Positions 1 through 12,981 of a DNA stretch of 64,000 nt are shown here, one piece after another. The position numbers and the translations under genes were made by a program. Source of the stretch: Podarcis erhardii. Lineage: Eukaryota. Each line of letters begins with the position of its first letter. Within the stretch, counting starts at the first letter, position 1. The notes under the pieces were generated by a model that made no database searches, was not told the origin of the DNA, and saw nothing but the letters and a program-made list of their open reading frames with translations. The stretch is from assembly GCA_964252035.1 (NCBI GenBank), contig OZ176202.1. The stretch is one strand, 5' to 3'.

Positions 1-91
1 GGCTGCGAACGCGGAAGGCCCGAGCCTTCTCTTCGGCTGCCTTGGCGCCAGTGAGAAGTGCCTGCGCGCCTGACGGACGTGTCCAGGGTGC

Positions 92-146
92 CCAATCGCA
101 GCGCGCCCAGCCTGGATTTGTCAGCTGCTGGACGTGCGGTATAAAA
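92..146 (+). promoter_or_regulatory. ID2: ID2 core promoter: CCAAT (92-96) and TATAAAA (140-146)
   Basis: CCAAT 44 bp upstream of a canonical TATA box ~190 bp before the ATG; a TGGCGCC motif also sits at 43-49. Confidence 0.8.
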
Positions 147-337
147 GCAGGAACGAGGCGCCTTCGGCTTCATTCCGAGCGCGGATCAGGCAGCTGCAAA
201 GTGCAGGAATCGGAGGAGGAAGGCTAGGCGCGGAGAGAAGAGACGCGAGAGCCATTTCCTCCCTGCGGCGCGTGCGTTTTTGCGTTTCGTCTCCAAAAAG
301 GCAAAGCCGGCTCTCTTGCTCTCTTCTTTCCACCAAC

Positions 338-685
338 ATGAAAGCGTTCAGTCCGGTGCGGTCCGTGCGGAAAAACAGCCTCTCGGAGCACAGCTTGGGG
401 ATATCCCGGAGCAAAACCCCGGTGGACGACCCGATGAGTTTGCTGTACAACATGAACGACTGCTACTCCAAGCTCAAAGAGCTGGTGCCCAGCATCCCGC
501 AGAACAAGAAAGTCAGCAAGATGGAAATCCTGCAGCACGTTATTGACTATATTCTAGACCTGCAGATCGCTCTGGACACGCACCCCAGCATCGTCAGCCT
601 CCATCACCAGAGACCGGGACAAAACCCTTCCTCCAGGACCCCGCTGACCACCTTAAACACAGACATCAGCATCCTGTCATTACAG
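338..685 (+). CDS. ID2: Inhibitor of DNA binding 2, coding exon 1 (HLH domain, D-box, NES)
   Basis: [79 protein letters not shown]...[17 protein letters not shown] is recognisable ID2; 116 codons; donor CAG|GTAAGC. Confidence 0.99.
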
Positions 686-1712
686 GTAAGCAGTGGCGTA
701 GTGGGGGGGTGCAGGGGGGGCCGGGCGCAACTTGGGGGGGGCGATCGCTGCCTCCGGAGTCCCCGAGGAGCCGCCGCCTGCCATGCCGCCCTGGCTGCTT
801 CAGCCGCGTCCGACAGCCAGCCGGCTCGAGGCTCCTTCCGGCCGGGTCTCCCGACGGGGCGCTGCGGGCGGAGGCTCCGGCACCAAGCGCCACGCCGCCC
901 AGGCTCGGGGCGCTGTCTGGACGCGCGCAGCCCGCCAATGAAGCGCCCAGCCGGAGCCACCTGCGCTCTAGTGCCGCCCACCCGCCCCGACGGGGCCCGC
1001 CCACCCGCCCCCGAGGCGCCCCCTCCCCGCGCCAGAAAGAAGCCGCGTCGGGGCTAGCCGGGCCGGGGAGGGAGCCCGAGCAGGCTGCGCCGCGACGCCC
1101 AAAGACGCGCGTCTTGGCGCAAAGGGGCCCGCGGCACCCAGACGCGCAAGGGACCCTCTCCCCCTGACCCGCCACTGAACTGCAATTCCCAGCTCCCTTG
1201 GCAAATCCCAGTCCCCAAGATGCTTTCTTTGAGGCAGGGGTCCTTTAATTGCAAAAACACCACCACGGAGGGCAGTAGTCACCACGAAGTTTGCCCCAGA
1301 GTAGAGCCGTCAGTATTAATGACCATGGTTAGGGGTTAGGGGGCGCAAATTGCCCCGGGTGCTGACAACCCACGCTACGCCGCTGCAGGTAAGCGCCCTG
1401 TCCTTGGCTTACTTCTTCCTCCCCGGCGATTTAGTGTATCGCATCTTTAATAGGATTTGAGAAAGCGACATTGTTCTGAACCTGCGCGGTTTTAGATCTC
1501 TATTTTTTTTAAAAAAAGTGGTTGGATTCAAAGGGAATGCATAATGAGTTGGGGTTCCTTGTCCATTCTAATGTCCCCCATTGTGGTCAAATCGGAATCC
1601 TTGCCCGTCACGTTTAGTGCCTTTTGTAATCTGGAGTGTACTTCATATGCTTTCTTGAACTGTTAAGCATCTTAACACCCCACTGCCTTCCCCCTTCCCT
1701 CCCCCCTTGCAG

Positions 1713-1769
1713 GCAGCTGAATTCCCCTCAGAGTTAATGTCAAATGACAGCAAAGCACTTTGTGGCTAA
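1713..1769 (+). CDS. ID2: ID2 coding exon 2 (exon continues to 1777)
   Basis: Polypyrimidine tract + CAG acceptor; AAEFPSELMSNDSKALCG*; total 134 aa; donor G|GTAAGT at 1778. Confidence 0.98.
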   Translation, partial: AAEFPSELMSNDSKALCG

Positions 1770-2395
1770 AAGAATTGGTAAGTTGTTCAGGTTTCTTTCT
1801 GTTTTTTAAGTATATGATTTAACAGTGTTGCCCATCAGAAATGTGGGGGGGGGTGTTCAGAATTGCCCTTGGAACTGTCTTAAAATTACACAGAACCGAG
1901 GATCCTATGAAGTGGCAGTTTAAGTCATAAAATGCATGTTGGCTTCTGCATATTCTGTACCCAAAATGTTGGATGCTGTAAATTCAGGGACAACCTCCAG
2001 AAAGCCTAATCAAATGGGGCAGTGAAACTTAACATGGAGATACAGAATCGTTCCTTGTTAAAGAACTTGTAATCAAAGGATAATTGCTCAGAGAAGTCTC
2101 TTGTCACCGCAAATAGATTCAAATAGTTATAATATAGAGAATTTGGGGGCAGAGGGGAGGGTGTTACCGGGAGTCTCTTCATACTCTAACCCCAGACAAT
2201 TTTTAAATTTCATATGTGGTGTCTGTATCAGAGTGTGTGTTTGTGTGCGCATGCTGCATCTGGACGCCAGGGTTTGCCCAATCTTTGAGTGTTTGGTTAA
2301 ATGTTCAAACTGTGGCTTCCTCTCTGGCGCCAGTCTGTCCGGATCTCTGCCCTGTTAGCATTCTTCTAAATATGCCTCTCTTCAATCTTTTGCAG

Positions 2396-3030
2396 GTGTT
2401 TGCTGACTTTTTTTTTTTTTTTTTGCACAAGAAGACAGCCTCTTTTTTTCCCCTTTTTTTTGGGCGAGCTGCTGAATCTGATTTTCAGCTGTATCTGGAG
2501 GGGGAGAATCCATAGCCAGTTAAATGGACATTTTAAGCGAAATTGTGGACACCCATCTCCCCTCTTCTACAACATGGACTAATCTTAATTATTTATGAAG
2601 AGACTTTTAAAAATGCCCTTTCTCTAGTTTATATAATATCCCCACAACGGGGAGCAAAATGAAATGTAAAAAACGAAACAAAAACTCATAAGGAATTGCC
2701 CGTTTTAAATGCAGACTTTGCCTTTTTTCCTCCAAAGGTGGAGCGTGAGTACTAGAAGGATTTAGTGTTCAGTTTTTCGGTGAAGTCTTTGTGAAAAATT
2801 ATCCTCTTTTGACACAAACGTAGGACTGAATGCTATGTATATATTTATATATAAATATGGGAATGAAACTTTGAACTCTTTAATTAGAGTTTTCTTGTAT
2901 AGTAGCAGAAATGTGCATTTCTGCAAAAAGTGTAATGATGTACGTAATCATGCTAAACTTTTTATAAAAGTTTAGTTGTAAACTTAACCTTTTTATACAA
3001 AATCAAAATAAATAATGTGTGTTTATTGAA
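2396..3030 (+). other. ID2: ID2 non-coding exon 3 (3' UTR)
   Basis: Acceptor TTTTGCAG|GTGTT; AU-rich; miR-19 8mer TTTGCACA 2422-2429; Pumilio element TGTATATA 2836-2843; 3' end approximate. Confidence 0.85.
3007..3012 (+). terminator. ID2: ID2 polyadenylation signal AATAAA
   Basis: AATAAA preceded by U-rich TTTTTATA elements and followed by GT/T-rich sequence. Confidence 0.8.
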
Positions 3031-5326
3031 CAGTAGTTTGCTTGCTTTATTCATAGTGACCAACAGTTTTCTGGGGGTGATTTGGGGGGGGGGAGTATTT
3101 GTAAAACCTACACAATAAAAAAGTACCTGAAATGAATGTATGTTCCTAAGTTGCTTAAAAAAAGAGGGGAGGAGGTATGGTAGATGTCTGATAATCAGCT
3201 TATGAAATCGCAGTAGGGGAAACTGCTTAAGTTGTTCATTACCTAGAGAATGATGTTAAGCTCTGGCAAAATCAAATTCAGTTTAGCCAGAGAAATTCCT
3301 CTGCTCTGTTTGTTCTTCATCCTGGGTTGATTGACTTGCATTAACTTCGCACAGGAACTACTTCAACTCCAAGCAAACTTGCCCTTTTGGATAATTATGC
3401 CTAACTAAGATTAGCAGAGAGCTGTTACATTTCCCCAGCCATTCAGCTTCTGCAACACATTTTAACGGAGAAGCTGATGTGTAGCACTAAACTGAAATTT
3501 TTACCTAAATCCATGCAATATTTCAAGGCAAAGGGTATTAGTTAATCAGTTGCAGCAGCTTCCCTATATGACTAAGCTATTGAGAAATGAAAGTCACCCC
3601 TCATGTTATTGATTAAACTTTGGCTGCTCTAAGCATCACCCTCTCCCTGCAAAAGAAATTGAGTTGTATTTGTGGTACTGCCTTAAGGCAGGCTGCAATC
3701 CTGCACATAGTTAGGATGTTGCAATACAGTGATTCACATGGAATTCTGGCGGCATAAATATGTGTAGGTTTCTCCTCTCCTCCCCCCCCCAAAAAATTCT
3801 GCACCTTTTTTTCCTGTTCTGCATGAAACCCCAACTTTCTAGTGCAGAAATACTCGTTTGTAGCAGCTATACTGTACCTGCCTATTGGAAATTAATGGGA
3901 TGTGGTCAATTTCTACCACCAGCAACAGCACACTATGTTAATTTCTGACTTTTGGCAAAGCTGCACAGCAGAAGCATCTGCAGCAGACTGCACTAAGTTT
4001 TGGGGAAAGAGTCCTGCTGAAGAATGCCTCCGTTTGGCACCTGGGCGTGAGCCTGGGTATTCTGTGCTCTGGGGACTCTTACACTGAAATGCAGAAGCCT
4101 CACCTGGGGCCTGTAACACTTTCACCAAAAAGAACAGGTGTGTGGGTGGCGCCGCACAGTCTGCCGCAGCTGTCTTTCCTCGCCCTTGACATCAAATCTA
4201 TCCACAGAGACCGGGGGGGGGGGGGAGCCAGCTCAGATCAGTTTAGTACAGAAGCTGCCCCAACCAATCAGCGGCCCAGCCTTCTCAAAAGGGATCAGAG
4301 CAATCTAAGCGGGAAGAGAGCTCATCTTCTCTGCCTCCTGTGTTCCGTCACTATTTCCGTCAAATTAATGAGGACCTCAAGCCTTAAATATACGATAAAT
4401 ATGGTTTTATCTTTCACCAAACAGGCAAAGTTCTGTCGACAGCAGATCGCTAGGAGTTTAGAGTCGCATATCTGAACTTTCCACATGCTCTGGGATGCAT
4501 ATCTGCAAACTGGAATTTAATTTGCAGAGGGTTTTATTCTGTGGAGTATTTTGGCTGCTCCCAAGAGCAACCCATATGACTCACTATCCTGCTTCCTCTT
4601 TCTTTCAAGGCATTTCATCTTAATATTCAAATTCAGGCTCTTTGGCATAGGCAGAACAATGTGTCATTCATGCCACTAATGTATTTGACTCCTCCCCAGG
4701 AGTAAAGTAATAAGAACTCTGAAAACTTTCCACAGTTACTTACAACTTCAATTTTTAACGCGTGGGCATCAGCGGACACTACAGAATCTAAACCCATAGC
4801 TGCCTCCTCCCTACCAGTCAGTTTTAGTGTTTGCATGTAACAAATGAGGGAACGGCAGAGAATTAATTAAACCTAAATGACAAATAATTGCCTTAAACTG
4901 CAATAACTGTCACACAAATTGTATATCTACCCCTTTTTGTATTATGGGCTTCGTTAGTTGCATGATTCTGTCAAACAATTCCTCAGCATTTCAACGGAAA
5001 CAACAGATTTTACATCAAATTTAGTTTTGCTGTTAAGACGGACTCCACTGTAGCGTGCCAAACCCAACACTTTACAAGAAGGTACAAGTGTTATAAAGAT
5101 GGCAACATGCTCTCAAGCCTGTATCAGATTGTGAGAACGGATCATTAACATTAATCATTAATCTATCATTAACATGGTTCATAAATACAATTTAGATGGA
5201 AGTGAATTTGAGGGAACAGCCAGTCTCAATATTTTATTTTCCAGATTAACTGATCTGTGGGGCTTGCTCTCAGTCACTGATACAGAACAGCTCCCAGAGC
5301 AAGCTTCTGAAAAGCTCTTCACTATA

Positions 5327-5581
5327 CAGTGGACGCTTGGGTTGCGAACGTGATCCATGCGGGAAGCACGTTTGCAACCTGCAGCGTCCGCAACCCGCAG
5401 CGCCACATCTGCGCACACACGGGTTGGCACTTCGCATGCATTTGGCACTTCGCATGCACAAAGTGCGATTTAGCGCTTTGTGCATGCGCAAGTGCCGAAA
5501 CCAGGAAGTAACCCGTTCCAGTACTTCCAGGTTCGGGGCGCTGTGCACAACCCGAAGCGTCTGTAACCTGAGGTATGACTG
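5327..5581. mobile_element. Tigger/pogo-like non-autonomous MITE
   Basis: TA-flanked; ends CAGTGGACGCTTGGGTT / GAGGTATGACTG; central inverted repeat 5444-5466 vs 5473-5496; 18-bp tandem duplication 5424-5458. Confidence 0.75.
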
Positions 5582-6759
5582 TATTCAATATGATCATACT
5601 TCTGCTTATATAAACAGCTTGATGAAAAGGTAGAATGTCCTGTTGACTCACTAGTGAACAATTCCAATGTGCGTAGTGTACATCTGACTCCATTCACCGA
5701 GAGTATGGTAATTTAAAAAGCCTTTTGCAAGAGTGGTAAAAAATACTGCATTTCGTCCTGCTGTGTAGAAAAAGAAACGCAGTAAAGATTAACTGAACTG
5801 TTTGGCAAAAGTTTCCTAAGGAACAAACATCAGCATGCCAATAGTTCTCTCTTTGGGGGCCTAATCTAATGCAAAACAGGCCTGAAATAGCACATTTGCA
5901 GATACAGCACTGAACAAAAAGATGGCCAATACAGAGCAGGACAGTCTATGGTCAGAGGTGTGTCAGCTAAGGATAGCTGACAAAAATGATTCCATGTGGC
6001 AACATTCACACAGTGTAAGCCAGTCTTGTAAGATGTATTACTGTCAAGTTCAAATTACAAGAACGTCAAAAAAAAAGTTAAGGGAACTGTCCAATCACAA
6101 TTTGGGGTTGCTAAGAATTTAGCAAAGTGCTTTACAAATCCTCTCTCTCTCTTACCTAAAGAAGCCTGCCATTCTGAAATGTAACTGTGAGGAAATGCAT
6201 GCAAATATTGAATATTCCTATTTTTGAGAAGCATTCCATTCGTGCCAAACATTACTGTTTCTGTCTGTGGACACTGAGCACCACCTTGCGGCCTAGACAA
6301 AGATGACAACTTCCACTTTAAAAAAAAAAAAAAGGCTTCCTGCTGTATTTACAAATAGATCAGAACTATCTATTTGAAAGAGATATTGATAGAAGTAAAT
6401 TTGGAAGTCTGAACTTATTTGCTTTATTAAGTTTATATCCCACCTTTCCTCCAAAAGAAGCCCATTTTAATGATTCAAGTGACACAAATGTCCTTGGGCA
6501 TTTTCTCAAAAAGTTGGCTTGTGATTCTGTTATAACTCAATTCGGCTGCCAAATAAACAAACACAAACTCTTTCCTGTCAGAAAGGGCCAGAGAGTCCAA
6601 TGAAATATGGGACGCCCATTGCATTCTATAGGACAAGATATTCTAATTCAAGTTCTCCACAACATTTAAGTAACCCTGCTTAGCATTCCATCCAACTGCA
6701 TCTGAGAGATGAGACACAAAAACCCTCCCACACCACAATTCGGGCTGGGACTGGCTCCT

Positions 6760-7430
6760 TTCATTTATTTCTTTAATTGTAAGATTTTTCCAGTGCCCAC
6801 TGCAAGGTCTCAGGGCCGGCTGTAGCAATACTTTTATACAATAAAAAGCAAATGTTTATACAACTGTTTATACAGTCCAGCTGTTTATACAAAAAACCCA
6901 AGCAGAACAAATTCAAGCAAAAACAGCAGAGCATAAATTAACCAAAACAGAAAAGTTGGGTCCCATAATACCATAACTTATCAAAGGGTAGGCTAAAAGG
7001 GGGTGCATCTTCAGCATGACATGGAAGCTATACAATGAATATGCTAGATGCACTTCTGTGATCTTTTCTGGACCACTGTACTTGAGGGTGGTGGAATATC
7101 AAAAGGGCCCTCTTTGCTCATATCAACACCCAAGAGGGTTGGTAGGGATGGAGGCGGTTTTTCAAATATTTGGGCACTAAGTTGTTTCGGGCTTTCCACC
7201 CCAATAGGAACACCTTGAACTGGGCCTGGAAACAAACCAGCAACCCGTGCTTTTAAAACAGGGCTTATATGAGCTCTAAATGAAATGCCAGCCAGTAACC
7301 TGGCTGCTTCATTTTGGAACAGCTGGATTTCTGGAGTCTCCATGTAGAGCGCATTGCAGTAGTCCAATATGGTAGTTTCCTGAACATGGAGTACAGTGGC
7401 CACATCGTCTCTGTCCATGAGGAGCCATAG
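6760..7430 (-). mobile_element. Degraded L2 LINE 3' fragment
   Basis: ORF 7044-7418 reads LDYCNALY...QNEAARLLAG...HISPVL, the L2 ORF2 C-terminal signature; L2-like 3' end (GCCCTGAGACC...AATAAAT) near 6760-6820. Confidence 0.8.
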
Positions 7431-8594
7431 CTAGAAATGAAGGCACTCCCAGCCACGGAGTGCTAGTGCTAGATCCAGGAGCACCCCTAAACTGGCAGGA
7501 CAACAGGGAGAAGGAAGAGGAGGAAAAGGATCCCTGCGAGGGGTGTAGCTGGGACTAGGACACACTGGGGCAAGCTTGGGCTGGGGAAGGAGAGAATGAT
7601 GTAGAAAGTACTCACAGGAGGATGGAGGATGACAAGGAGATGAGGGTCAGTGCACAGGAACCAGAGCAGCAGGGCCCATCACCAGGGCGGGCTCCGTCTT
7701 CAAAAATGCAGCGGGCTCTGAGGCTTAGGGAACAGCAGACAGGGTGCTCCAAGAGGCTGAGGCAGGCGAGAGCCCACAGCCCAGCTCCCTAGCTGACCTG
7801 GTGGGGCTTGCTAGCTCTGGGAGGATGTGTGTGATTCCTCAGCAGCAGCAGGTTTGGAACAGGTGAGGGTCATCTGCCTCATCAAGCCCAGATGCTGCAA
7901 TCAGCAGAGCAGAGGTCCCGAGTCTGCTCACCTGACCAACTTGAGTGCTCCAGGATCTCTGCAGGGCTGTGCTTTGGTCTGGACTTTGGAAATATGGATT
8001 AACCCCAGACTGGGAACTTGACATGCTGACTTGTCGCCAGACAGGCCAGGGGTTCAGGACAGGGTCCTGATTTTTCCTAGGGGTGGGGTGCAGTCCTGTT
8101 CAGAACAAGCAGTCTCACCCCTCCCCCCAGACTCAAGAACTCAGAACACCTCTGTCTTTTCAGGATTCAGAATCCTATTTCTCCCAGAATGCATTTCCAA
8201 CAGCAGCCATTCCAGTCAGCAGAACAACGATGCAACTACTATACTGTATATATGAAACAACCAATGGCATGGTTCGGTGGCTAACTGGATGCCTTCAGGA
8301 AGGTAGGAGGCTGAAAGGAAGGAAGGCAAAAGCCTTCTAATACAAATTATTGGTATTCAGCGACTTAGGTCCTTTGTATTCAGAGACTAGCAACAGAATG
8401 TCAGAATGTGAAATGACAGTGTGCAGGAGTTTTCCAGGGTGGAAAAATTTCCATCTTTTCCCCTCTCACAACACTCTGCTTTCGGCAGCCACTGAGCATT
8501 CATTTTGCTGTTTGGGGGTTCCTCCTTAGGATGTTTCTCTAAAAGTACTTCCGCAAATGTTGGGAGTTCCCTAATTTCTGCTACATAAGGATTG

Positions 8595-8762
8595 TCAGAG
8601 AATGAATGCTTCATTAGTATACAGAATACAGTCTTTGAACATCGCAAGCGGACTCAAATTGGTGCCATTGCACCCGCAGATTGACACACTAGAGGTGTCT
8701 GATAATGGAAGAGGCAGATTCTGCCTTTCCTGTTGTTCCCTGAAGCTGATTTTCTGGCAATG
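8595..8762 (-). CDS. Candidate KIDINS220 alternative terminal exon (55 aa + stop)
   Basis: Long polypyrimidine tract + CAG acceptor, phase 0, HCQKISFREQQERQNLPLPLSDTSSVSICGCNGTNLSPLAMFKDCILYTNEAFIL*; sequence-based inference only. Confidence 0.4.
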   Translation of the reverse strand, partial: HCQKISFREQQERQNLPLPLSDTSSVSICGCNGTNLSPLAMFKDCILYTNEAFIL

Positions 8763-11700
8763 CTGAGGGTGAAGGGAAGAGGGGGGACATGCAAAAACTG
8801 ACTCAATATCTCTTTCCTGGACAGTCACAGTCATTGAGACCCCACTCAGCAACTGGATACCATTTTTGCCCCATTTGCCCTTCTGCTGCTGAGAGTACTC
8901 CTTTTGAGAGATCTTCCTAGAGCTCTTCATAGTATGCGTTCAACTTCACTGTACTAACTGGATGCCCTCTGAAAACCTCTGCTCTTGCTACTCCAGCCTG
9001 GCTTCAGATCAGTTCTGAATGTTAATGCAAACAGTCCCAACACAGCTCCTGTATTGTGAAAATGGTCCACTCCTGCAGCTTTCTGCCCTTTAACCAGCTA
9101 CAGCTGCTGCCCCATGATTCATATCCTGTGTGATGGCGAAGTTTGCTCAGGAGTCTTGGGTGTCAAAAGCCCAATTGTCTATTGAATCACACCATCAATA
9201 TGCTTGTTGACACTCTCAAAAGAATTCTGAAAGGTGGATAAGGGGAAAAACTTCTCTTTGTAGAAGCCATGTGATGCAACATCGCCAAGGCTCGTTCTTT
9301 TGCATAGGATTAATGCCTCCTCCCATATGTACTTACGACTGTACTCAAGTTTCAGAATCCACGCTCAGTTACTCTCTGAGGCTTGAAATTCTGTAGACAC
9401 TAGGGATTCTTCAGTCACTGAACCTCAGCTGTGGAAAGCCCAGCTTCTGGCATATAACCCCAACCTAGCTATTTAGACAAGCCTTTGGGCAGGTTAGCAT
9501 AGTTACTAGCTGTGGCATATATTTTACGAGATGGGTCTTTTTTCCTTAGCTCAGCTTTTTATTTTTAAATGTATCACTTTATGTTGCATGGCAGCTACAA
9601 GCAAAACAAAGGCAAGACAAAAATTATTCTCAAGATCCATGTTTTAAGATGGGTGCTCATCATAAATGAGGCATACATTCACTAAATCACTTTGGGAATA
9701 ATGGAAGACTGACCAGAGGTTTAGTTTGGCGTGTAATATATGTGAAAGCGCAGACCCACGTATCCAGCAGCATAGCCCTAGTACATTATTTTTTGTTTTT
9801 CATTATTTTCTCCCACAGTGATTCTATTCAGAGGCTTCTAATTTATTGCGTTCAAGAACCTCTGGCATATAAAGCACAAACGCTGTTACAACAGACTCCG
9901 TCCCTATGTAGATTCTATATCTGGGCATTATTATAGTAATTCCAAGATATCACAACATATGCCCCTTCAACTGTACAGAAAATCTTCTAGATGCTCACTA
10001 AAAAGATTGGAGTCATAACCAAATGAGACATTTGCCACACTTACCTGAAACCAGATGGGATTCATCTTGTATGGGAGACTTATACAGGTGCAACATCAGG
10101 AGCCTTGTGTTCAACTTGACGAAGGTTTTGACTAATTTAGAGTCTTCATAACAGCAGAAAAATGTATGATTTTAAGGCTGCCCCTAAGGAAACACCACCT
10201 TTCTTATTAAAGGAGACCATGGGCGAGATGCAAAGTGGCACCAGTGGGCATCTGCTCATGCAACAGGTCTTCCCCCTCCTCTCTTCCCTCTGCAGAACCC
10301 CAAAAATCTGTTTTAGAGGGTTGGGGCCCTTTGGGCCGTATTTTGGGGGCACCCAGGAAACGGGAACAGAGAAACCAGATTTTCATTGTGCAGGCAGGTA
10401 GGTCATCCTTGGATGTTGCCCCAAGAGAAGGTAGAGCTGCCCTCCTCCCTCATCTCTAACCTCCAGCTAAATCCCAAAGAACTCTGAACCGGACAGATTC
10501 ATAAAGGGGGTGGGGGATGTGACCATCTCTTTTTAACAGTGAAGAGGCACCCGAACTTGTACTTCAGCAGATTTCCAAGGAAAATTAATTTCACAGCAGA
10601 GGAGAAGCCTCTAATAACACTTCCATTACTTGTTCTTGCAGCCCCGTCTTGAGGTATACTAGAAAATTTAAGAGACCATTGTTCAAACATTCTCAGATTC
10701 CACACAGTGCGGCAAAGGAATAGGAAATGTGTCTTTGTTGTGCAGGGCCCAGGCTATCTGGAGCACCAGAGGTTCTAAGCAGAACTTGGAACTGATCCTG
10801 TACAATGTTGGGAAGTCAACACAGGCTCTGAAACGCTGTTAAGTACTCCTGCGCTCTCTGCACAAGTCAAAGCTTTCAGACTGCCGTCCAAGGGCAGCTG
10901 TGTGACGAGCACAGTATATGCCTGAAATGTGGATTGCACTGTAATTTGTGCCAGCATAATTCTCTCGTGCGTTCTAGTATATTTCAGTTGCCTGTAATTG
11001 GAATGTTCGGTAAGCTATACTGGGGGAAAGACTGCATTTTCTCAGTGACAAAATATGGCAGTCAGGATGCCAGTGAAATGCAATACCCCAGAAACAAAAG
11101 CTCTTCTTTGGGCAAAGATATCTGGATCCTCCACAACTGCACGTGGAGGGAAAAACAGGGTTAATCTGACCATGGAAGATGGTCTGAGCTGTTTCAGGCA
11201 GCAAAGTGAACGTGCTTTCTCCTAAGACACCCTGCCCCATAGAAATCACTGTCCTACAAACGAAGATAGTGGTGGAATGAAGGCAATAAAGCCAGTTTAA
11301 AAACATCTAGCCCTAGCCCTGGTTGAGGCAGGGGGTGTACGAGGGGCAGAAGAGATGCAATGCAGTGCTCTGATTCAGGCAGCATTCCGGACTAGCAGTG
11401 TAGAAAAGTTGCCTGACCTCACCAGTTATTTATCAGGGCAAAAATCCCAATGTAATTTTGGAAAGCTGAGAACCTAGAGTGATGACAATTCTCTGGGTCA
11501 GCTATAACCCCAACTGTATGTCTGTATGCATATAGAATAGGATATCTCGCTTTAATGATGCTCTCAACCTAAAACAGGGTTTTTAGGAATGTGACCTTCT
11601 TTTGAAAAACGTATTGGGGGCTCTGGTTTCCAAAACTTTCTTGAGGTTAGGCTGATGTCAGTCTTCAAGTCTTTGACCAGTACTGCACACAGAGGATCAT

Positions 11701-12981
11701 ATCCTGTGTCCATTCCACCACTCCACTCCCAGAATGTGACAAAAGACCGGTCCTTTTCTTGTTGAAGAAGTTTGAAAGACATAAGCAACAAGGGGCTCTT
11801 ACACCATCATCAGCAAGATGACTTCCTATGTCCATAGATCCCCCCTCCCCCACCCCCGGAGATAGCAGGTGCCCATGAATAAGATGGAAAAGAAAGACTG
11901 GATGATTTGACCTGAATTCCCTCTCCGCCCTCTGCCCCCCCCCCCATTTCTTGGGAAGAGATTAGTCACAGCTGCTATGTACAGGAAAGCCAATCTCTTT
12001 CATTCCGTGCTCAACGTGGGCAGATGGGTACCTTCAGAACCGGGGAAGGAAAACCTATTGCCTGGTTTTTTATGCTTCTGAGGAGTCCCACTGAACATGA
12101 ATAAATACTGTGAGCGCACGTAGTACTGAAAGAACAGTGGGCCAGAACAATAATTGGGATTCCTTTTCACAACTAGTTAAGAGAAGCAGCTGCAGGAAAA
12201 TCCTGAGACTCCATCTTTCCTAACTGAGGGATACAGCAAAGGAACAGATAGCCGTCAACCTGGAAATATTTAATACCAGACTGAATTGTCAGACCAGGAA
12301 CCTCTGGGAAGGATGGAGCTTCCGCATGGCTAGCAGATATTGGGATTTGTTCCTTCCTACAATTCTGAGGACATATTGCTCAGAATTAATACACAAGCTG
12401 TGCTCATATTAGTCCTTAAAGTCTTAAATACTTGCAAATTCTAAGCCATTCTCCTCCTCCTCTAAATTATAAACCTCTAAGACAAATGTTTTCATTCTCA
12501 CTTGCTTTTTCCTTTCTCTTTTTTATCACTCTTTTTATAAATGGAATTCTTCGAATGAAATATTAATAAATAAAATCTTTCAGTTTAACCTACCTCACAG
12601 GACTGTTGGAAGGATAACTCTAGGGGAAAGGCTACAGAGGATTTGTGTTCCTTGTATGCAGGAAGGGCAAAATAAAATGGAATCCATATAAGAGAGTAAA
12701 ACAACAACAACTACTGTCGATACACCAAGTACATTGTACATCCAATGTCAGCAACTAGTTTTTGGAAGGCCGGTTTGAAGATGGGATTCGGGACAGCTGA
12801 TGCTAGCAAGTTGCAACAGCCACACTCCTCCACAACCTTCAGTTGCATCAGGCTTGTTAATTTGGGGGGGGGGGAAGCAGCTGGTACTTCTCAGGAGACC
12901 CAAGTTTGGGCAGCCAGTTTATGATCCCTAGTAACATTACTTAAAGTTCTCACATTGTAAAAATGTTAGTTCCTTTCTGAA

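Larger units (their letters stand above)
1..1450. promoter_or_regulatory. CpG island over ID2 promoter, exon 1 and most of intron 1
   Basis: Very high GC and CpG density by eye, dropping abruptly after ~1450; boundaries approximate. Confidence 0.85.

Noticed and set aside
134-1057. 307-aa ORF as an extended or intron-retaining ID2 isoform
   Set aside because: The GTG at 134 is upstream of the TATA box and the in-frame CTG at 194 has weak context. Read-through into intron 1 is low-complexity G/R/P/A, as expected in stop-poor GC-rich DNA.
42-1285. Many overlapping ORFs on both strands
   Set aside because: CpG-island artefacts overlapping ID2; no recognisable domains.
6764-6777. AATAAA/ATTAAA as the poly(A) signal for the 8595 candidate exon
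   Set aside because: Part of the L2 tail; exaptation is possible but unsupported.
7460-8060. Purine-rich repeat-like block as an LTR
   Set aside because: No paired TG...CA ends or TSD found; left unclassified, as are similar blocks near 41100-41560 and 43300-43510.
8806-9006. Protein-like reading (…KLNAYYEEL*EDLSKGVL…) on the minus strand
   Set aside because: Interrupted by stops, no acceptor in frame, and no family I can name.
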